A DNA stretch of 39,761 bases from a virus (taxonomy: Duplodnaviria; Caudoviricetes): positions 1-39,761 of IMG/VR virus record IMGVR_UViG_3300017780_000923; one strand, given 5' to 3'. Made by a program: the position numbers and the translations under genes. Every line of letters starts with the position of its first letter. Position 1 is the stretch's first letter. Under the pieces are notes generated by a model, which saw only the letters and a program-made list of their open reading frames with translations, did not search any database and was not told the origin of the DNA. Positions 34,581 to 39,761 of this stretch are shown here, piece by piece.

Positions 34581-35906
34581 ATGGCTATTACTTCAATTCT
34601 TACCAAAACTGCCGGTGATATTATCGAGGAAGCCCTACGGGATGCTCGAATCATTCCAGCAGAACAGCCAGTCCAAAATTCAGACTATGCTAGGGGTTTA
34701 ACAGCCCTTAACAACGTCAGTAAGTATTGGCAGACCAAAGGCCCTAAACAGTGGCTTATTGGCAGAGCTATACTTCCATTAGTTGTAGATCAAAAGAAAT
34801 ATCTAATTGGCCCTGATGGTGCTAATTGCACCTCTGAAACTGATTTCTACAGCACAACCACTACTGTAGCACTTGTAGTTACAAACACTGCAATAACGGT
34901 AGCTACCACTGCCAACATGGTAGAAGCTCCTAACATACTGACTACTGACCCTTCCGACTCTACTCAAGACTGGACTGCCATTAACTCGGCAACACTTGCT
35001 GTTTCATCAGGCTTATTAGTAACGAATGTAGCGTCAACTGCTGGTGGAGCATCATACGAATTAGATACCACTATAGGGGACACTTATAGGGTTAGGTTTG
35101 CTTATACCAAAGGGACTTCTAGCGGTGCTGTGTTCACTGTGCTTAACGGAGCAACTGTAGCAGATACACTGACCTTAACTGCTTCTGCTACTGGTCAAGA
35201 ACTTACCATTACGGCTGTTGATGAAACAATAGTATTCAAAATGGTTAATTCATCTTCAACCACTGGTCATACGAATACTGTTTTTGATGTTGAATATGTT
35301 GATGAAGCATCTGGGTCTTACATAGGCATTGAACAGGATGATGGAACTCGATTCTGGGATCATGTTTTAAACGTCACTTCTAGCACAACACTAGAAATAT
35401 TGACTGGCGTTGCCTCTGCCGCTGCTTCAGGTAATTCAGTTTATTACTATGCAGATCAAATAGAACGTCCATTAAGAATTGAAAACATCATGTATGCCTC
35501 ATCACTGACTGGAAGTGAAATCCCAGTAGTAGGGTGGTCTAGGCAAGAATACTTTAACCAACCAGACAAAGATTCCTCTGGCACAATAGTCAACGTCTAT
35601 TACAACGCCACTCTTAGTAATGGTGAGCTATATGCTTGGCAGGTTGCTGGGAATGTAAATAATGTACTTAGGTTTGATTACTTAAAACCAATGAAAGTAT
35701 ATTCAAATATCTCGGATGAGATTAACTATTCTGAAGAATACTTCTTACCATTAAAATGGGCATTAGCTGCTGAGATAGGCCCACAATATGGTGTAAAAAC
35801 AGATAGACAGCAATATCTTGAGGAAAAATCAGCAGTGACACTGTCTGAAGCAATGGATAACGATGCTGAATTTGACTCAATTTACCTAGCACCGGATTTC
35901 ACCTAA
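34581..35906 (+). CDS. head completion/adaptor protein (P22 gp4-like) with large insertion
   Basis: TAGDIIEEALR...L.ALN.....W N-terminus and LKWALA.EI.P.YG C-terminus; ~200-aa T-rich insert. Confidence 0.65.
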   Translation: MAITSILTKTAGDIIEEALRDARIIPAEQPVQNSDYARGLTALNNVSKYWQTKGPKQWLIGRAILPLVVDQKKYLIGPDGANCTSETDFYSTTTTVALVVTNTAITVATTANMVEAPNILTTDPSDSTQDWTAINSATLAVSSGLLVTNVASTAGGASYELDTTIGDTYRVRFAYTKGTSSGAVFTVLNGATVADTLTLTASATGQELTITAVDETIVFKMVNSSSTTGHTNTVFDVEYVDEASGSYIGIEQDDGTRFWDHVLNVTSSTTLEILTGVASAAASGNSVYYYADQIERPLRIENIMYASSLTGSEIPVVGWSRQEYFNQPDKDSSGTIVNVYYNATLSNGELYAWQVAGNVNNVLRFDYLKPMKVYSNISDEINYSEEYFLPLKWALAAEIGPQYGVKTDRQQYLEEKSAVTLSEAMDNDAEFDSIYLAPDFT

Positions 35907-37384
35907 TGCCTGTAATACCTATTGGTGGAAGTTTTTACAAGAGTGATTCTTTGCCTATAGCGGCTCAAGAATGCTCTAACCTATATTTAAATATTCCTGA
36001 AACAACCGCCACAACTACTAGATCGTTATTTGCTACGCCTGGTATTGAGCTTGCAGTCACAGCAGGTACATCTGCTCAATTTAATCGAGGCTCTCATACC
36101 TTTCTAGGCGTACCGTATTTTGTACAAGGGGAAGACCTTTATAGAATTGATAGAACTATAGTAAGCAGTGTTGCTGTTTATACAGCAGTACAAGTAAACG
36201 CCTCAGTACCATTGCCAGGAACAGAGCGAGTAATCATTGCTGATAACGGGCCTTCTGGTGCTGCTGGTGGTCAGATGTGTATTGTTCTTCCTGACTCCTC
36301 TGGAACAAATGCTTACATTTACGACACTACCAATGCTCTCGTACAGATAACCGATGGAGACTTTGATGGCCCAGTGTCTAGCGTAAGATTCGTAGATGGG
36401 TATTTCCTGTTTACAAAAACAGACGGTCAAACATTTTTTATATCTGATCTAAGGGCTGGCACTGCATATAACGCACTTGACTTTGCAACTGCTGAAGCAG
36501 ACCCAGATAACATTGTTAGTGCTTTTATCCTCCATAACGAAGTTTTTATATTTGGTCAGCAAACCATACAGCCTTTCCAAAACTCTGGCGGTGCTGGATT
36601 TCCGTTTACATCAGTGCAAGGTGGTATACAGCGGAAAGGACTCAAATCCATTTATGCTGTAGAAGAAGTCAATGATTACATGGTATTTCTAGGTGGAGCA
36701 GTAGCAGAAACACCTGCTATCTGGGTAACCGATGGTGGTAGACCTGATAAGTTATCCACAATTGCTATAGATAATGAACTAAGCAGATATTCAGATACCA
36801 CTATATCTTCTTGTTATACATGGAAATATTCACAAGCTGGCTCACAATTTATAGCTTTTAACTTTCCTGATGAGGCTTGTTTTGTCTATGACTTTACTGC
36901 CAAAGAATGGCATACCAGAGAATCTGCCGATGATGACGGTAATATTATTCCTTGTAGGATTAGCTCTATAGTGGACGTATATGGCGTACTAATGGTTGGA
37001 GATATTATTTCCAATAAAATAGGCGTTTTAGATAGAGATACCTACACAGAATTTAGCAATTACATTCCAAGACGATTTGTTACTCCACAACTGGATAATG
37101 AAGGACAGCCCTTTGTAGTAGATGCTTTAGAGCTTGTTTGTGAAACTGGTACTGGAGCTAGTACAGGTCAAGGATCAGACCCTACTATCAATCTATCCTA
37201 TTCCACTAACGGTGGTAGATCATTTAATAACCAAATGCCAAGATCAACTGGAGCATTAGGTGAATACGATCAAAGGGTTATATGGTCTTCTCTTGGACGG
37301 GTTAACAGAGAAGTATGCTTTAAGTTTGAGGCTTCTGATCCAGTAAAATGGGTATTCTTAAAGGTGGAGGCTGTAATTGATTAA
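35906..37384 (+). CDS. packaged DNA stabilization protein (P22 gp10-like)
   Basis: FVDGYF, FATAEADPD.I, FG..TI..F.N.G...FPF, VYD.....WH.R, S.NGG.SF, W..LG. Confidence 0.85.
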   Translation: MPVIPIGGSFYKSDSLPIAAQECSNLYLNIPETTATTTRSLFATPGIELAVTAGTSAQFNRGSHTFLGVPYFVQGEDLYRIDRTIVSSVAVYTAVQVNASVPLPGTERVIIADNGPSGAAGGQMCIVLPDSSGTNAYIYDTTNALVQITDGDFDGPVSSVRFVDGYFLFTKTDGQTFFISDLRAGTAYNALDFATAEADPDNIVSAFILHNEVFIFGQQTIQPFQNSGGAGFPFTSVQGGIQRKGLKSIYAVEEVNDYMVFLGGAVAETPAIWVTDGGRPDKLSTIAIDNELSRYSDTTISSCYTWKYSQAGSQFIAFNFPDEACFVYDFTAKEWHTRESADDDGNIIPCRISSIVDVYGVLMVGDIISNKIGVLDRDTYTEFSNYIPRRFVTPQLDNEGQPFVVDALELVCETGTGASTGQGSDPTINLSYSTNGGRSFNNQMPRSTGALGEYDQRVIWSSLGRVNREVCFKFEASDPVKWVFLKVEAVID

Positions 37385-37628
37385 TCAGCTTATTCGCTCT
37401 CTGCCTATTTCAGATGATGATAACCAGATGAGTCAGAGGTTTTATTCGTGGACTCAAGCTATAACAAACTTACAAATACTGACAGGATCAGGAAGCCCAG
37501 AAACAGTAGTAGTAGCTACAGAAACAACGCTTTACATGGACACTGCTGGTACGGCTGGAAATATCTTGTATATCAAGAAATTATCAGATATATCTGGGGA
37601 TAGAAGTCGAGGGTGGATTTTAGTATAA
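37377..37628 (+). CDS. hypothetical tail-region protein
   Basis: G.GSPE.VV.A....LY.D.......LY.K.......GW. Confidence 0.6.
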   Translation: MINQLIRSLPISDDDNQMSQRFYSWTQAITNLQILTGSGSPETVVVATETTLYMDTAGTAGNILYIKKLSDISGDRSRGWILV

Positions 37629-37635
37629 TCTGGGC

Positions 37636-38127
37636 ATGATTGAGTGTTTTAGAATCACAGACTATACACTGGTAGCTTACCCACTCAGAGCTTGTTGGGA
37701 AGATATTGCAGAAGATGGTCAAGAATTTAAAATGCCAGATGTTATAAATAATTTCTACATCGGCATTCTTGAAGATGGAAATTACGTTGGATATGTTAAA
37801 GTCCAACCCATGACAACAGTGATGTCAGAGCTTCACATAGTCATAAACAAAGGCTTTAGAAATATAAAGAAGTACGCTCAAGAATCTATAAGATACGGAC
37901 TTGAGCAGATTCCAGAATGTATGAAAGTTGTTGTTAACGTAGCTGAAACAAAGCGTGGCGTTATCCATCTAGTTGAATCATTAGGATTCAGGCATCAAGG
38001 TTACAATTCAGATTCCTATATGATGAATGGCAAGCTGGTAGGACAAGTACAGCTTGGCATAACTAGAAGCGAGATGGAGACACTATGGATGCTGGACAAG
38101 CAGTATCAGGAACAGCAATGTCGTTAG
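37636..38127 (+). CDS. GNAT-fold protein (DUF2824/P22 gp14-like)
   Basis: ELH...LGF..QG....Y..NG.......LGITR; typical position. Confidence 0.65.
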   Translation: MIECFRITDYTLVAYPLRACWEDIAEDGQEFKMPDVINNFYIGILEDGNYVGYVKVQPMTTVMSELHIVINKGFRNIKKYAQESIRYGLEQIPECMKVVVNVAETKRGVIHLVESLGFRHQGYNSDSYMMNGKLVGQVQLGITRSEMETLWMLDKQYQEQQCR

Positions 38128-38741
38128 CCGTACTAGGTGCTGCTAAACTAGACTATGAAGCTGCACAAGAAGCTAATGCTACCGCTTTAAAACAGCGTGA
38201 AGAATCTCAGAAATTTATTGAGAAGCAAACCAATCAAGCTCGTGGTGATATATTCCAGTTATTTCCTGCTGGTCAAAAAGCTCGTCAACAGGGAATCCAA
38301 TCAGGCTTCAATATCTATCAAGCTGCTTTACCTACCCAAACTCAATATTTTCAACAAGGCAATGTAATGGCTCAGAATCAGCAACTTGCTGGTTTGGGTC
38401 AAATACAAAACGCTATTCTTGGAAGACCCATTAACCAGAATGCTCTTAAGCCTGGTGTTGTACAGCAAATGAATTATGACGCTAATGGTGGCTTACAAAG
38501 ATTTGCTCCAGTAAATCAACCTCTATTACAACCAAGTGGATCATCTGCAAATCCTAGTTTTGCTACGGGTACAAATCCTAGTTTTGCTATGATTACAAAT
38601 CCAGCCGCTGCGTTTGGAATAAAAGCACCACCTATTCAAATGCAGACTACAGGGATAGCAGCACCAGCAGTTGCACAATCAACAATGCCAGCACAACTCA
38701 CTTCTGATGAATTGGCATATTACGGATATGATGCGGGATAA
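38085..38741 (+). CDS. putative DNA ejection/internal virion protein
   Basis: Q/A/G-rich with a hydrophobic N-terminus, first of the ejection block; GGAG RBS. Confidence 0.5.
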   Translation: MDAGQAVSGTAMSLAVLGAAKLDYEAAQEANATALKQREESQKFIEKQTNQARGDIFQLFPAGQKARQQGIQSGFNIYQAALPTQTQYFQQGNVMAQNQQLAGLGQIQNAILGRPINQNALKPGVVQQMNYDANGGLQRFAPVNQPLLQPSGSSANPSFATGTNPSFAMITNPAAAFGIKAPPIQMQTTGIAAPAVAQSTMPAQLTSDELAYYGYDAG

Positions 38742-38744
38742 GAC

Positions 38745-39761
38745 ATGGCTACTATACAAGAATTAGCGGGTCAACTTAGCGGCATTCAGGGAACTGCACC
38801 ACCTGCCGTTAGTAATGAGCAGATACAAAACTACTTTAGGGATAATCCTAATGCTAAAGATGCAGATATATATTCTGCAATGAATCAATATAAAGTAACT
38901 CCAGCACAGCTTTCATCAGCCATGAATTATGATCCTGCTATGGTACAGTCTCGTTATGCTGCACAGCAAGGAATAGCAGCTCCATTACCACAAGCACCAG
39001 CAGCTACAGCAGCAGCACCTGTCACTAACGAACAAATACAGAACTGGTTTAGAAATAATCCAAACGCTACTGATGCAGATATCTCAGCAGCAATGAACGC
39101 TAATCGTGTTAGCCAAAGCCAATTAGTTGGAGCGATGGGATACGATCCATCTGTAGTAGCGTCACGTTACACTGCTGTCAATTCATCTGCTAATGCCCCT
39201 GCTATACAGAATTGGTTTAGAAACAACCCGAATGCTACTGATGCAGATATTTATGCTGCAATGAATGCTAACGGTATTACTCAGGCTGAACTGGTTGGAG
39301 CAATGGGCTATGATCCTGCTGTAGTAGCATCACGATATGCTGCTGCTGGTATTGCTGCTAATCCAGTTGCTCCAGTAGCTACAGTACCGCCTACTACAGC
39401 TCGTCCAGCTACTCCTGCTCCTGTAGCTCCTTTAATGCCTGCTCCTATGACTCCAGGCGCAACTACTCCCTTTACACCTGCCACACCTACTACTATTGGA
39501 GTTCCTGATTCTAGACTTCCTACTGCTAATCCAAACGCATCAATAAATTACAATGCGGTTAATAACACTGGATTTGCTCCTAACGTAAATGCACAGCCAG
39601 ACTATAACTATGCGCAACAAGATGTCCCTTATGGATTAACTGCTGCACAAGCAGCTATGACTAGTGGTCAGCAAGAATCAGAGAGAGCGCAGTTGCTAGG
39701 ACTAACTCTTGGTGAGGAAGCACTGACAGAAGGACAAAGAGCAGCATTACAGAATTTATCT
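38745..39761 (+). CDS. DNA ejection protein, N-terminal part (open to window end) with three ~50-aa repeats
   Basis: 339 open codons; IQN(W/Y)FR.NPNA.DADI..AMN......L..AM.YDP..V.SRY x3; in frame with 40..1413. Confidence 0.7.
   Translation, partial: MATIQELAGQLSGIQGTAPPAVSNEQIQNYFRDNPNAKDADIYSAMNQYKVTPAQLSSAMNYDPAMVQSRYAAQQGIAAPLPQAPAATAAAPVTNEQIQNWFRNNPNATDADISAAMNANRVSQSQLVGAMGYDPSVVASRYTAVNSSANAPAIQNWFRNNPNATDADIYAAMNANGITQAELVGAMGYDPAVVASRYAAAGIAANPVAPVATVPPTTARPATPAPVAPLMPAPMTPGATTPFTPATPTTIGVPDSRLPTANPNASINYNAVNNTGFAPNVNAQPDYNYAQQDVPYGLTAAQAAMTSGQQESERAQLLGLTLGEEALTEGQRAALQNLS
39264..39761 (+). repeat. imperfect terminal overlap with 1-465 (circular permutation)
   Basis: First 110 bp identical, then a divergent Pro-rich linker (+33 bp), then a similar but substituted segment. 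Confidence 0.85.

Noticed and set aside
1922-37806. Numerous minus-strand ORFs inside long + strand genes (e.g. 1922-2326, 12402-12974, 16820-17269, 26771-27193, 31752-32183)
   Set aside because: Shadow ORFs antisense to well-supported genes, with no motifs or RBS.
38548-38590. 18-bp direct repeat CAAATCCTAGTTTTGCTA
   Set aside because: In-frame coding duplication (NPSFA x2) in a low-complexity region.

Overview
The window is an apparently near-complete (~39.3 kb), circularly permuted genome of a tailed dsDNA phage with podovirus-like (P22/Sf6/BPP-1-style) architecture. The order is terS, terL, portal, GroES, scaffold, cement and major capsid, small basic proteins, gp4-like and gp10-like head-closure proteins, GNAT-like protein, DNA-ejection proteins (spanning the window ends), tail fibre module with a 2OG-Fe(II) oxygenase, holin/lysozyme, a metallophosphoesterase/Ntn-hydrolase/3TM operon, ERF/YqaJ recombination, NinB/NinG, C5 methyltransferase, SF2 helicase and a leftward cluster of small early genes. 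I recognised no integrase, primase, replication initiator, DNA polymerase, tRNA or CRISPR. The most unusual elements are: (1) a ~550-bp non-coding block (16011-16563) dense with 6-11 bp complementary helices, which looks like a large structured RNA with a possible short antisense RNA, sitting where a replication initiator might be expected; (2) a cytosine methyltransferase written in two fully overlapping reading frames, with motif IX in the second frame as in M.EcoHK31I; (3) a divergent ~0.5-kb overlap between the window ends; (4) dispersed cis-motifs flanking the early/terS segment. All calls come from reading the sequence and recognising motifs by eye; no database searches or folding programs were run.
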